Below are positions 36,201-50,688 of a DNA stretch of 64,000 bases, piece by piece. The DNA is taken from NCBI RefSeq assembly GCF_018350175.1, contig NC_058382.1, forward strand, positions 8,990,001 to 9,054,000. Reading direction: 5' to 3'. Under the pieces are notes generated by a model. It searched no databases, had not been told where the DNA came from, and saw only the letters and a program-made list of their open reading frames with translations. This DNA is from Felis catus (Eukaryota). The position numbers and the translations under genes were made by a program. Every line of letters starts with the position of its first letter. The first letter of the stretch is position 1.

Positions 36201-39200
36201 CTGTCTGTCTGTCTCGGTTTCCTTCTGTCTCCTGCTCACTCTGTGCCTCTCAGTCTCTCTCCGCTTCTTTCTCCCCATTGCTGTGTCTGTCATCTGTCAT
36301 CGTCGCTCGGTCTCTTACATACCTGTCGCCTTCACTGTTAATCACGCCCTGTATCGCTGCCTCTCTCTCTCCTTCTTACCTTCCCTTACCCTTCCCTGCC
36401 CCCTTCCTGTCTGGGCCCAAGAGGGGCACCCCTTCTGGACCCCCACTCTGCCCCAGTCCTCACCTTCGCCTTTGAGAAAGTTCTGCAGGAACTGGTCAGG
36501 TGTGCCGGGGTCCTTCAACTGCCCGGCGATCTTGGAGTAATGATACAGCGAGACCACCACGTCCCGGGGGTTCCGGCCAATGTAGATCACCTGCGTATGG
36601 GTGTTGGGGAGAGGGGAGAAGGTGTCGCACACAGGCAGGACCCCACCCCAAAGACTGCATGCCCCCAAGCCTTCTCTGTTTCTGGGCTTGCAGCAGGAAG
36701 GCCTCAGGGTAGACTTCTCAGGGGACTTTCCTGCCAACAGTGGCTTAGATCAAGTTCATCGCATCCCAGAGGATGGGGAGACCTCCCTGCAGCCACATTC
36801 CAGCAGGACACGGGGACTGTTCCCGGACCAGGCGGGGTGACAGGTTGGCTTCAAGGGAATTAAGACCGGAGGACGGGGGTGGGGGGGTTCCGGGTGGCTC
36901 AGTCGGTTGGGCGTCTGGCTCTTGATTTCAGCTCAGGTCATGATCTCTCAGTTGGCAAGATGGAACCCCACATTGGGCTCTGTGCTCTCAGCATGGAGCC
37001 TGCTTGGGACTCTCTCTGTCCCTTTCTTTCTGCCCCTCCCTACCCCTCTCTAAATACATAAAACAGGAGGAGGAAGGCATGGGGGGCTCAGGATGGGGTT
37101 GATCAAGGTGAGAGGCACTGACTGACCCTCTTCGCCTCTGGGCCTGGTGTTCAAGGCTCCGACTCCCTGGCTCCTAGCTGATTACCAGCTTCCTATTCCA
37201 CAACCAAGCCTGAGTCAGCCCCACCAGATGGCTCCTTCCCTGGCCACCGTCTCCTTCCCCACGACCACGGTCAGCCACCCGGGCGGTCCGCCCCGACAAA
37301 CACCCCGGATGCCAAGGCTCGCGTGTCATCCCATGTCGCTGCCGGGAGGGTCAGGCAGCTCTGCTCGGGGACAGACACCTGGACGCTGACCCACACGCCT
37401 CCTTCCGCCACTGACTTTAGCCTCGGCCCTTTTGCTGGGATTCTCTGCGGCCGTGGGTGCAGCAGCTTGGCCGAGATCTGGGCCTTCTCGCAGCAAAGCC
37501 GTGAGCCTGACTGGGCGGGGGAGGGGGTCCCGGGGGGCCTCGTCTGTCTACACTCGCTTCCTTGGTGATGCGACCAGTCTCCTGCCTTTAATGGCCCCGT
37601 CCACCTCTGTGTCGACCAGCCAATTCCAGAGACGCGTGTCCTATTGAATCCTGATTCGGTTGCCTCACTGCCTACTGGCGACCCTCCACCTGGACGTCCA
37701 CGGGCCCCGACAGAGCTCCCGCCTTCCCCCGAGCCTCTCTCCCGGCCTCCCCAAGTCAGTTGACACCAGCATCATCTTCCCAGTTGCTCAAACCAAACGC
37801 CCTAGAGTCACCCTTGACTCATCTGGTTCACACCCACGCCCCATCTGCCAGCAAATCCTACTGCTGCTTCCACCTTCAACATACAACCCCAGCTCAGCCT
37901 CTTCTCTTCACCTCTGCGCGGGCCACCCCTTCCCACTCCGTGGGGCCCACCGTTGCCTCCCACCTGCGCGCTCTGCCCTCCTCGCCCACCCCTGCGGGCT
38001 GTTCGTGAAGTCATCACCTTTGCCCACGAGGAGATTTTTCTTCCCTATTCTCTCGGCCTGCCACCCTTTAGAACGTGGGCTTGCGAGGCAGGCATTGCTG
38101 CGCGTTTATTTACTGCCGTTCTCGATCAGGCACATAGTAGGTGCTCCGTAAATACCGTGCTGAATTCACCCCTTAGTTATGCGCTCCCCCACCCCCACAC
38201 GCCTCCCTCCTCCTGCACCTTGGCCTTGGAGGTGAAGAAGGCTTTGGCAAAGAGCTGGATGGGGAGGTGAGAACTCATGAGGCGGGGTCTGGGCTGGTCC
38301 GAGAGGCTGAAGGCACCCAGGATGGTCTCACACCAGGGCGCCCGCTTCCAGATGGGCACCGAGCGGATCCAGGATGGGTCCCCGTCCTTTAGGATTAAGC
38401 TGAGGATCTCAATCATCCAGTTGGTTCCTGTCAGGAGAAATTGGGCCAATCAATCAAAGGGCGGGGACGGGTGCAGGGGAGAGGGGCGGGGAAACAGAGT
38501 CGTGTTGGGCTTTACAGCGCCATTCACTACGGAGGTTGACCGCCCAGAGCCTCACGGCTGGCGGCGAGGCGAGGAAGTGACAGAGACCGGCTGGCTGTCC
38601 ACCGGACCCCATTTCCTTTCCCCACCAGGGAGATGAGGGGACCCCACTTCTCCGGCCTCTCCGGCAGCTACATGTGGGGCCGTGTGACCGAGTTCTGGCC
38701 AAGGAAGTGCAGGTGGCAGCCATTTCCAGGGCTGGCCCATAAACACCTCCTACGTGTCCCCCCCCCTCCCCCCCCCACTCTCTCTCCTTCCCTCTCTGCT
38801 GGCTGGATGCGAGGACCCAGTGGAAACTGGGGCTCCCGGGGATGGCAAGCCATGAGATGGAAGGAGCCAGAATGCCTGAGGCAGCCTGGATTTCCCCCAA
38901 CTTCCCTCCATCCCTCCACCAACTGGAGTTTGAGGAAACGACACAGAAGCTTCTAGCAGGCCTTCGTGTCTGAGATTCCGCGGCTCGCGGATGAGGACAG
39001 AAGCATCGTGTCCAAACACAGAGGGAGCTGGAATTAAATCCAGGCATCTGGACTTAAAATCTCAGCTCTCTTCACTGCCCCTTCTCGGGAGGAGCCCCTT
39101 GATCTCTGTGGGGGGATCTCATCAAATGGCCCAGTTCACACGTCCGGATTCCACGAGGATATAGGCAGGTCAGATGAGAAATAGAAAAAAATAATAATAA

Positions 39201-42200
39201 TATTGACAATCACCTGTCATTAGTATCATATTGCCCTGGATTCTCTGTAGGTTGTTTTTTTTTTTTTTTTAAGTAATCTCCGTGACCAACGTGGGGCTCG
39301 AACCCACGAACCCCAGGTCAAAGAATCACACGCTCCGCCGACTGAGCCAGCCAGGCGCCCCTCTAGTTCCCTGGATTCTAACAATAACCCCGCCCGGGTT
39401 CTTAATGGGTTGCCTCTCGCCTCCAAATTCATTCTTGGTTGCCCTGTTTTGGAATATTGGGGCCGGACCCTGTGAACGGTTCTCCGGCAGCGGCCAGTAG
39501 AGGGCGCTGGAGGAACCCCGCAGGAGGACAGGGTTCCCTTCCAGGTTCTCCCGGGCCCTTCCCTGCTGCTCTCGTGACCGGACAGCGGCCAGCAGTGCCG
39601 CGGGCCCCCAGTGACCCTTTCTCCCTCCACCACCGCCACCCCTCCCCCCGGCAGATTTCCTTGGGTGCTCTGCTTCAGCCCAAGGGGACTGGCTGATCCC
39701 TGTATGGGCTCTTCCTGTGTCCCCTGGGGCTCTCTTCACCTCTTGGTAGTTTAATCCTCCCTCACTTGTTTAAAAAAAAATTTTTTTTTTTAATGTTTAT
39801 TTGTTTTTGAGACAGAGACAGACAGGGCATGAACGGGGGAGGGTCAGAGAGAGAGAGAGAGGGAGACACAGAATCCGAAGCAGGCTCCAGGCTCCCAGCG
39901 GTCAGCACGGAGCCCCGCGTGGGGCTCACTCGTGAACCAAGAGATCGTGACCTGAGCCGCAGTCGGTCACTTAACCAACTGAGCCACCCAGGTGCCCCTC
40001 AACAGTCTCATTTTGAGGATTTACCCAAGATAAATGAAAACACATCTGCATGCGTGGAATTGCACACAAAGCCTCATAGCAGGTGTATTCATTCATACCT
40101 ACCCCAATCTGGGAACAACCCCAATGTCCTTCAAGAGATGAATGGATATACCACAGTCTATCCATAGAATGGACTACTTCTGGGCAGTAAAAAAAAAAAA
40201 AAGAAAAAAAAAATTCCAAGAGTTTGGATGAATCGAAAGTAGAATATGCCGAGTGAAAGAAATCGGTCTCCAAAGATGCACACAGTATGAGCCCATCTGT
40301 GTGACATTCTGGAAAAGGCAAAACTCTGGCGGGGGGGGGGGGGGGGGGGGTAAGCCGCCATGGTTGCCGGGAGCTGGCGGTGAGGGAGGAGCAGACCATG
40401 AACGGGTGTGAAGGGATTTGGGGGGTGAGGGAGCTGTTCTGTATCTTGGTTGCGATGGGGGTTGTATGACCGTATGTGTCTCTCAAAACTCAGAACTCTG
40501 AGGGAAATGGAAATGAATGGCCATGTTCCTAGAAGCATTACTCCTGACCGTCAAAGAGCGCAGACAATGCAAGTGTTGATCAACTGACCAATGAATAAAC
40601 AAAAAAGCGGTAGGCCCAGGGGGCGCCTGGGAGGCTCAGTCGCTTAAGGGTCTGACTTCAGCTCAGGTCATGATCTCACGGTTCGTGAGTTCAAGCCCCG
40701 CGTTGGGCTCTGTGCCGACGGCTCGGAGCCTGGAGCCTGATTCAGATTCTGCGTCTTCCTCTCTCTCTCTGCCCCTCCCCCACTCATGCTCTGTCTCTCT
40801 GTCTCTCAAAAGTCACTAAACATTAAAAAAATGAAAAAAAAAAAGGGGCGCCTGGGTGGCTCGGTCGGTTAAGCGGCCGACTTCGGCTCAGGTCATGATC
40901 TCGCAGTCTGTGAGTTCGAGCCCCGCATCGGGCTCTGTGCTCACAGCTCAGAGCCTGGAGCCTGTTTCAGATTCTGTGTCTCCCTCTCTGTGACCCTCCC
41001 CCGTTCATGCTCTGTCTCTGTCTCAAAAATAAATAAACGTTAAAAAAGAAAGAAAGAAAAATAGTACGAACCGTACTTGGCCATTAACGGGAACAAAACC
41101 CTGACCCGCGCTACCACATGGATGAGCCCCCAAAACATGCTTAATGAAAGAAGCCAGACGTGAAGGCAAATCCATAGAGTCAGAGAGCAGGTTAATGGCT
41201 GCCTAAGGTTTGGGGTCGGGGAGGTGGGGTTTGAGGAGTGATGGCTGATGGGTATCTTGTTCTAAACGTTCTAAAATGGATTGTGGTGACGTGTTGCACA
41301 AATCCGTGAATACATTACTGCCATAGAATTGTACACTTTATTTTGTAAAGATTTTTTAATGTTTATTTTATCTGTTTATTTTATTTATAAAAAATTTTTT
41401 AATTTTTTTAACGTTTTATTTATTTTTGAGACAGGGAGAGACAGAGCATGAACAGGGGAGGATCAGAGAGAGGGAGACACAGAATCCGAAACAGGCTCCA
41501 GGCTCTGAGCTGTCAGCACAGAGCCCAACGCGGGGCGCGAACTCACGGACCGAGAGATCATGACCTGAGCTGAAGTCGGCCGCTTAACCGACTGAGCCAC
41601 CCAGGCGCCCCCTAATGTTTATTTGTTTGAGAGAGAGAGAACACAAGCGGGAAGGGGAAGAGGGAGAGGGGAGAGGATCTGAAGCGGGCTCTGGGCTGAC
41701 AGCAGAGAGCCCGGTGCGGGGCTCGAACTCGCGACCCGTGAGATCATAACCTGAGCCGAAATCAGACGCTTAACTGACTGAGTCACCCACGTGCCCTGAA
41801 CCATACACTTTAAAATGGATAAACCACACGGTACGTGAATATCTCAAAAGGGACCCCTCACAGAACTCTATCGGAGAGCCATATTTTGAAAATTTTCAAA
41901 CACATTCTGACAAAGACATGAAGTAGGGATGTTTCATCCTCCGGGCGCCCCCCCCCCCCATTCCCAGCCTCTTCCACTGCCCCCTGCACCACAGCCTCAT
42001 TGATCCCCTCTTGTTCCTTCGATTCCCTCAAGCCTCCCCCGACCCCCGGGCCTTGGCGTGTGCCATTCCTCCGTCGTCTAGGACACCCTTTCCCACTCAA
42101 ACGCCTCTGCGGCTTCCAGATCTCCGCACGAACATCTTCTCCCCCTCAAAGCCTGCGCTCATCCCCCAGACGGTCTCTTGTTACCTACATTCAACGCTCT

Positions 42201-43658
42201 CTGCACCTTTCCTCGAGGTTACCCCCCCCAACCCTAATTATATAGTCAAAGGAGTGAGCGCGGGTTTACATAAAGCCTGTCTCGCCCGAGAAACTGACAA
42301 ATGTCTCCCCAGTTCACAGCCGCGTCTGCACCCGTGGCAGAGAATAAGCAACGTTTCGGGGAGGGAGGGAGAAAATGAAGATCGTCCCTCCCTCCGCCCC
42401 CACTTCCTTCCGCAAATATTTACTGAATGGGTGCCAGGCACCGACTGAGGCTCCAAGAATACAGCCGCGATCCAGGCACACTAAGCTGTCTGTCCTCCAA
42501 GAGCTCATGTTCTAGTGGGGGGGGGGGGGGAGATTGGAGGCTAAATCAACAACCAAAAACACAGCCAAGTGGCCGGTGGCGACAGGGGCTGAGAAGAAGA
42601 GTAGAGGCGAGTTCAAGGGGATAGAGCGGGACAGGGTGGGGACAGGTGCTGCAGCCCCGGAGGCCCCGGGAAGGCTTCCCCGAGGACGACTTGGTTGTGG
42701 GGGCGGAAGAGCGACACCTAGCGGAGGGGTCCGCCAGTGCAAACACCCAAGCTCCAGGTTCTGAGCGGATTCAGGCCTTCCCCCCACTGTTTCCTCTGCC
42801 TCCTTCCCCTGGGTGCTCCCTTCTCAGCCTCTGTGGCCACCTCCCCACCCCCACCCCCAGCAACCCCTCCCAGCAGGTACCTGACTTGGGGTAGGTGATG
42901 ATGAAGATGTCGTCGTCCTGCACATCAGCGTTCTCGACCATGCGGATGCTCTCGGGTGAGTAGATGCCCACGGGGAAGGGGATCCCCTTGTACCTGAAGT
43001 ATTCGCCTGACAACTTCTGGCTGTTGGAATATGGGGGAGACACCGTGAGGACCGGGGAGGAGACGAGGACTGAGGTCACCCCCGGAGGCGCGGTGGGGGG
43101 GGGGGGCGGAGGCAGAGAAATCTCAGGGCAGGAGGGACGGTGAGCAGGGAGACGGGGGAGGGGTACCCCCCTAGCTAGAGAATCCTGGCGACAAACTTTC
43201 CCTGAACCTCATTTCTTCATCTGCCAACTGGGAATGGTTTACCAGAACCCCACAACAATCCTATGCGGTGACAGTGATTAGCATCCCCCTTTTAGGAATG
43301 AAGAGAGCGAGGCACAGAGAGGTTGGGTGACTTTCCCAAAGCCACACAGCCGGTGGAACATGGAACACTTCACATCTGCATAGTGGGGCTAAGTGCTTTC
43401 CTTATATTGATTCTTTGGCCCGACCCTCGAGGGAGAGGCGAAGTCACCCCCTCCCCCTGCCATGTTACCAACGAGGAAATCGAAGCCACAGAAATTACGT
43501 GTCGTGCCCACTCTTTTGTGCAAGGCCACAGGGCTGGCAAAGCCCACTTATGAAACCCCATCCAGGGGTCACCATGAGGCTGAGATGCCCTTTTCATTTT
43601 TTTTTAGGTTTATTTACTCATTTTGAGAGAGAGAAGGAACGGGTGCAAGTGGGGCAGG

Positions 43659-43695
<37 letters not shown>

Positions 43696-46600
43696 CCAAG
43701 CAGGATCCCCACTGCCAGCCCAGAGCTCAACGCGCGGCTTGAACTCATGAAACGAAACATCGTGAACTGAGCCAAAATCAAGAGTCCGGTGCCCAACAGC
43801 CTGAGCCACCCAGGTGCTCCCAGGATTTTATTTTTTTTTAATTTTTTTAAAGAAATTAACACATGTTGGGACGCCTGGGTGGCTCAGTCGGTTGAGCGTC
43901 CGACTTTGGCTCAGGTCATGATCTCGCGGTCTGTGAGTTCGAGCCCCACGTTGGGCTCTGGGCTGACGGCTCAGAGCCTGGAGCCTGTTTCGGATTCTGT
44001 GTCTCCCTCTCTCTCTGCCCCTCCCCCGTTCATGCTCTGTCTCTCTCTGTCTCAAAAATAAATAAACGTTAAAAAAATTAAAAAAAAAAAAGAAATTAAC
44101 ACATGCTTTATTTATTTTCTTTTTCAGGATTTTTTTTTTCAACGTTTATTCATTTTTGGGACAGAGAGAGACAGAGCATGAACGGGGGAGGGGCAGAGAG
44201 AGAGGGAGACACAGAATCCGAAACAGGCTCCAGGCTCTGAGCCGTCAGCCCAGAGCCTGACGCGGGGCTCGAACTCACGGACCGCGAGATCGTGACCTGG
44301 CTGAAGTCGGACGCTTAACCGACTGTGCCACCCAGGCGCCCCTTCAGGATTTTATTTTTAAGTAATCTCTACACCCCAAGGTGGGGCTTGAATTTACAAC
44401 CCTCAGGCTCAAGCGTGGCACCCCTACCGAGTGAGCCAGCCAGGCACCCCCCCCACCCCTGCAATTGAAACAGTGTTACGCTTCAGCCCCTCACTTGAGC
44501 TGCCTTTCCGGAAAAAGCCCCACCAAGCGACCACAGGGCCATACCCGGAAGTAACATTTTCCCGGGTGAGCTGTTTTAAAAGCAATCCAAGTACCCCACT
44601 GTGTCTTTCCACCCGGAGCTTCCCCCCGGGGGGTCTCCTGCCCCTGGCAGGGGAGAGGGGGTGGGCATTTGGGGGACCTGGCACAGAGCCAGCTTTGGAT
44701 CCTCTGTCCGCCCCCTCCCCTGCCCCTCCCCTACTTCGGACCCTCTGTCTCCCTCTGACTCTGCCCCTGCCTCACTTGGGTGCCCACGGGCTCTCTCTTT
44801 CAAAAATAAATAACCATTAAAAAAAACCCAATAAGGTGACACAGAGGTGGGGATACTTTTTACTGAGTTTCCCTGGGGGTATTTATCAGGTCAGCAGTCA
44901 GGGAGCCTGGTCGCATTCGTGCAGGCCGGCTGGGAATTCCCAGAAGGCGCCTCGCCGCCTCACCTGTCCTAGGGCATCTGGCGTGAAAGTATGTGCGGGA
45001 GGAGGAGACACAGGTTCAAAGGGGATGAAGCCAGAAGCTACTCTGTGTCATTTTTCTGGAACGTTTAGGAGGGTCTGTCAGCTTTCAAAATGAGACAAGT
45101 TGCTGTCACTTGCTCCCTCCCCCTAAATCAACATCCCTCCCCGCCACCTAGGCTTGGAGTCGCACACATTGGTTCCTCGCCTTAAGGAGGACCCCTTCCG
45201 GGCGGTGTAAGCTTCCCTCCCCCCCGCAGAACTCGATCTGAGTTCTGAGCCGCGACACCGTGCTACTTTGCGTTGGTGTCCCGCTATAATACACGGAGGA
45301 CAATACATTGAAAATGGGGGGTGGGGGGAGTACGTGTGTAAGTAGGTTACACTGCCTGTGGGTTGCATTTCGGGATAGTAAAGAGGCTGTTATATAGATA
45401 CTCTTGTTATATAAAGAGGGTTGGGGTCCACACAGACGAAAACTCGGAAACACAAGGGGCTGAGCCAAAGATGAGCCACGAGCGTCCAGACCCCATGATT
45501 TCAATTATGGGAAGTTCAAGTACAGAAAGTAAGGTAGAAGGTGCTAGAAGGCAGGCGGCAGTTATCCTTGGGAGGAGGGGCTGACAGGGTGGGGGCAGAT
45601 GGGGGTCTGGTGGCGGTAATGCCTACCTTGCAAAATTCCTTGAGTTGTTGACCAAAGATCCGTGTTTTACTTTAACAAAGTATTCAGTGAACGAATAAAC
45701 AAAGCAGTAAAGGGGGGGGGGGGACCTTCCCATGAAAACACCTGTCTTAATTTTATTTTTAACTATTTATTTATCTATTTACCTTAAAACCACTGTTGTT
45801 TCTTTTCAAATGTTTGTTTATTTTTTTTTGGGGGGGGCAAGCAGGGGAGCGGCAGAGAGAGAGAGAACCCCTGCTAATTTTGTTAAAAACTAAGGACAGT
45901 GGGAAAATATAATGCGTCAATAGAAACAAAAATATTAAAATGAAGCCCTGCATTCAATAAATCTGGGCGAGAATTACTGTTTGGGGGCTTTCTTCAGATT
46001 TTGGGGGCGACTGGGTGGCTCGGTCGCTTGAGCGTCCGACTTCGGCTCAGGTCATGATCTCACAGTGCGTGGGTTCGAGCCCCGCGTCGGGCTCTGGGCT
46101 GACGGCTCGGAGCCCGGAGCCTGCTTCGGATTCTGGGTCTCCCTCTCTCTCTGCTCCTCCCCTGCTCACACGCTGTCTCTCTCTCTCAAAAATAAATACA
46201 GATTTTTAAAAAATTTAAAAAAAAGAGATTTTATTTTTTAAGTAGTAATCTCTACACCCAACACGGGGCTCAAACTCACAACCCTGAGACCCGGAGTCCT
46301 CCATCAGCTGAGTCAGCCGGGCCCTCCTACAATTAATCGTGGCCAGACACGGTAATAGAGCTAACGCTGGGCATTGTGTGTGTCCAGAGGAGGGGCACAC
46401 AGTAAGCCCTCAGCACCTTTTAGTCACTTTACTGCTCAGTGATGACGTCATTTCCCCCCCCCAAGGTTGAGTGTGGGTGTGGGCTTGGTGATGTCACTGG
46501 TTGCTAGGCAGATGAGCCCAATGCGTGGGCGCTCCGAGGTGGTCAGTTACCATCAGGCCGACTGGGGGCCAAGTGCCTGGGCCTTGGCTCTCTCCGTGCC

Positions 46601-49600
46601 TTGGGCGGCGGATCTCACCTCCTGAGCCTCGGTTGCCTCATCTGTCAAATGAGGATAATGGTAATCTCTACCCCATGGTTTTAATCGCACCTGAGGATTC
46701 AGAGGGATAATCCAGGTTAAGCGCTTGGCTTCTGATAACCACTCCGGAAATGAGCTCCCTTTAGTGGGCAGTGCTATTTCAGTCTTTGGTCTGACAGCAA
46801 CTTGGAGAAATTTCCTCCCCAGTTTACGCGACAGGAAAACGGATCCTGTGCCTGTCAGGAGTCCCTGAAACAGTCTGTGACTGCATACATGAATAAATAT
46901 GAGGGTGTCCCCCTCCCCCAGACCTCCCCCCTCTCCCAGCGTTCACAACCTGCAAATCGAGGGTCGGCGCCCCACCCCAGGAGGCCCTGGGGGAACATGG
47001 TTGGTGCTCAGCCAGTATTTGACTAACTGAATGAATGTGGGGGTTCCTTCATTCACCTGAATGAAGGAAGGGATCTCCCTAGAAACAAACGAAGTCAAGT
47101 CAAAGAGCTTTTGTTATGACCTCTTCCCTGCCTCAGTGGTTCTCGGTACCCAGCCCTTCAAAAATCCCCTGTCGGGCCTTTAGAGATGCCCAAAGTCTGC
47201 CTTCTTTGCAGGCCTCTTTCCGAACCTCACGCCCGTGCCCTCTGAGCCCAGAACAAGCAACCGCTCAATAAATGAATCGGTATCCGATAAATAACTGAGG
47301 CATGAACGGGGTAGGGTTGGGATGTCCCTCCGGGTTATGACGGCTACAGATAAGAAAAGGAAGATTAGGAAGGGGAAGTGGTTTGGCCGAGACCATAAAG
47401 CAAGTTCCAGGCAGGGCTGGGATTTGAACCTCAGCCCTGCAGACGGTTTTCTGTTCCAGTCCCCCCTTCCCCACGCACCCCACCCTCCAGCCGAATCTCC
47501 CCAGCGCGCTGAGCATCACTCCCCCTTCCGGTCCTCGGGATCTGCCAGTCCTCCAGCCAAGACTTTGGTCCCCTGTCCTCGTCTGCGCTAGAGTGTAGAG
47601 GCCACGGAGCCCCCACCCGATTCCCGCGTGGCCGGACCTCACTGGGTGTCCTAGAACAGGTGCCGTGTGCCTTCTCTCCCAACCTTGTAAATCAAACCTG
47701 GCCCCGGGGTGACCTTTCCACTCGCTGGGTGACGAGCCCGCCGGGTCCCCACACCACGTGCCCCACACCAGGCACACAGCAGTCGCTCGATGGGAGCAGA
47801 GGCATGGGGGTAACTATTGAGCTGGGTCAGAGGCCGGCAGGAGAAACAGACAGTGGGCTCCACGGCCAACACGACGGGCAGCTGGCCAAGGACCCACTGG
47901 GCCTCCCAGAAGATGCCTGGCCTGCCCTGCTCCGGAGACCCCCCGCCTCCCTCCATGGACACGAGAGTCTAATGGCCCAAGGCATTGGCCCTGAGGCCTT
48001 CTACCCCACCGTGTGCCAGGCGCTGGCCCTCCTTCTCTGTCCCCACTGCCCCCATCCAGCTCTGGTCTCCTCCTCGCCCCCCCCTCCCTGGGCCCTCAAC
48101 CTAGCCTCCTCAGTCTCGTGGCCTCCAGTCCCTCCCGCCTGCCCATCCCGCACCTGGCCGCAGCCCCTCAGCCCAGAACTCAACGCCCTGCATAGCCTGG
48201 GTCTGCCCATTTCTCTGCCCTCCTCAGACCTCTGACTTCCCTCTGCCGCCAGCAGGGGAGGAGGCGGGGTGGGGGGGGGCACTCATAAAGAAATTCTTTA
48301 ATTTTTAAAATTTTTTTTAACATTTATTTATTTATTTATTATTGAGAGACACAGCGTGAGCAGGGGAGGGGCAGAGAGAGAGAAAGAGAGAGAGAGAGAG
48401 AGGGAGACACAGAATCCGAAGCGGGCTCCAGGCTCCCGAGCGGTCGGCACAGAGCCCGACGCGGGGCTCGAACCCACACACCGCGAGATCATGACCTGAG
48501 CGGAAGTCTGGAGGCTCAACCGACTGAGCCACCCGGGGGGCCCCACTCACGAAGAAACTCTCAGCCGAGGACACACAGACTATCAGACTTCTAGAATCCC
48601 ATGAAGCGGGTATTGAGAACAGAGGGAAGGAACAGAGGCCCAGAAGGAACAGAGGCCCAGAAAGGTTAATGCGTTTCCCTAAGGCCACACAGCCGCCTTC
48701 CTAGGTGATCTCGGTACCCGTCAAGGCACCTTCACCCCCTCCCTCTGCCCCGAGGCCACAGTGCGTCCGTCACATTCAGTACTTTATCCCCGGTGCCTGG
48801 CACACGACCCATGCCATGAGCACATCGGTCCCCAGCTCAGATCCCCCGGGGGTGGGGTGCCTCGTCACCATCTCCAGGGGCAGAGACGGTGGGGAAGGCA
48901 GACAGGCTGAGGTTGGGTAACCCTGGATTTGAACTCAGGCTCGGCTACCAGCTAGCTCTGTGACCTTGAATAACCTCTCTGGGCTTCTGGACAAGGAGGA
49001 AGGATTAAAAGCCAGGGTCACCGGGTCACCTCCTTGCTGATCCCGCTGCTTCCAGCGCCCCGCCCCGCCCCCCACCGTGGTCGGTTCTCAGAATTGGTTA
49101 GAAACTAACTAGGCTGTTGACTCTCCCTCCTCAGAAATCCTCCCGGCCCTTCAGGCCCAGGCCTGCCCCACAGCCCTTGCACTGACTGATCTGTCTTCCA
49201 TTCGGGGACTAGCACCCTCACCTCCTGCCTGTGCTCCAAGATCACCCCTGCACTTCGTCCCTGAGGCCTCGGCCACCCGCCCTGTTTATAGCTGAGCCTC
49301 CCCCTTCCCCTCCCCCTGCCTCGTTTTCTGGAGCCCTTGAGAGGCTCCCTCCCTCCCTCCCTCCCTCGAGGCTGAGGTTTACGTGTTTCTTTCATTGTTG
49401 ATTGCCTTCCTACTGGGGAGTAAGCTCCGTGAGACCAGGGATTTTAGGCGTTTGTTTTCTTTTGTTTCCCCCTGTCTCGATTCCCAGTGTATCCCAAGCA
49501 CCCGAATACCCAGGGAAGCCCTTCAGTCAACACTCGTTGAAGAAATAAAAATAAGGCTGGGGCGCCCCGGGGTGGGGGGGAGGCTCAGTCGGTTGGGTGT

Positions 49601-50640
49601 CGGACTTCGGCTAGGGTCATGATCTTGCGGTCCGTGAGTGAGTTCGGGCCCCGTGAAGGGCTCTGTGCTGACAGCTCAGAGCCTGGAGCCTGTGTCCGAT
49701 TTGGTGTCTCCCTCTCTCTCTAGCCCTCCCCTGCTCACGCTCTGTCTCTCTGTCTCTGAAAAATGAATAAACCTTAAAAAAAAAATTTTTTTTTTTTAAA
49801 TAATGCTGAAAGCGCCCCCTTGGCACAGCGATCCCCACGACGTGATACGCCTGAATTCATTTATTCCCTCCACAAAGCTAGGAGGTGGGGGGTATTTCTA
49901 TCCCCGTGTTACAGATGTGTTATGGAGGCACAGAGAGGCAAAGTCACTGGGCTGATGTCACACAGCTACGGAGGGCAGAGCCGGGATTTGTACCCAAGCG
50001 GGTGTGGCCCCTAACCACCAAGGGCCATGAGGTACCCCCTGAATTCGATTCTTTCCAGGTGTGCTCTTTCCGGGCAGGGGCTGTAGGGGGTTCGGGATGG
50101 GGGGGGGTGGTCAAGGAGACATGGGTTTGACCTCACATAACCTCTCCAAGTATGTCTTCACCTGCCTCCCCTTGGTCACGGGAGTATTTAACTCCTTGGG
50201 GAATATTATTATCATACTGTATTGCATTATATACTGTATGTTAAAATATCTCACTGAACTGTACATCTTTTTTCGTTTAATTATTTATTTTGAGAGAGAG
50301 AGAAAGCACGAACAGGGGAGGGGCAGAGAGAGAGAATCCCAGGCAGGCTCTTTGCTGTCTGCACAGAGCCTGACACAGGGCTCGAACCCACGAACCTCGA
50401 CATAATGACCTGAGCCAAAGTCGGACCCTTAATTGACGGAGTCCCCCCAGGGGCCCCTCCCTGAACTATCTTAAGGTAAGCAGATTTTAAAGCAGATTCT
50501 CTTTCGGGGCGCCTGGGTAGCGGGGGGCTCTGTCGGTTAAATGTCCAATTCTCAAGTTTCAGCTCAGGTCATGAGCTTGAGGTTTTGTGAGTTCGAGCCC
50601 CAGTTCGGACTCTGTGCTGACAGTGTGGAGCCTGCTTGGG

Positions 50641-50688
<48 letters not shown>

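Noticed and set aside
44455-45500. Possible ERV/LTR-derived unique-looking stretch
   Set aside because: Could not assign a family or find LTR termini or a primer-binding site by eye; needs RepeatMasker/Dfam.
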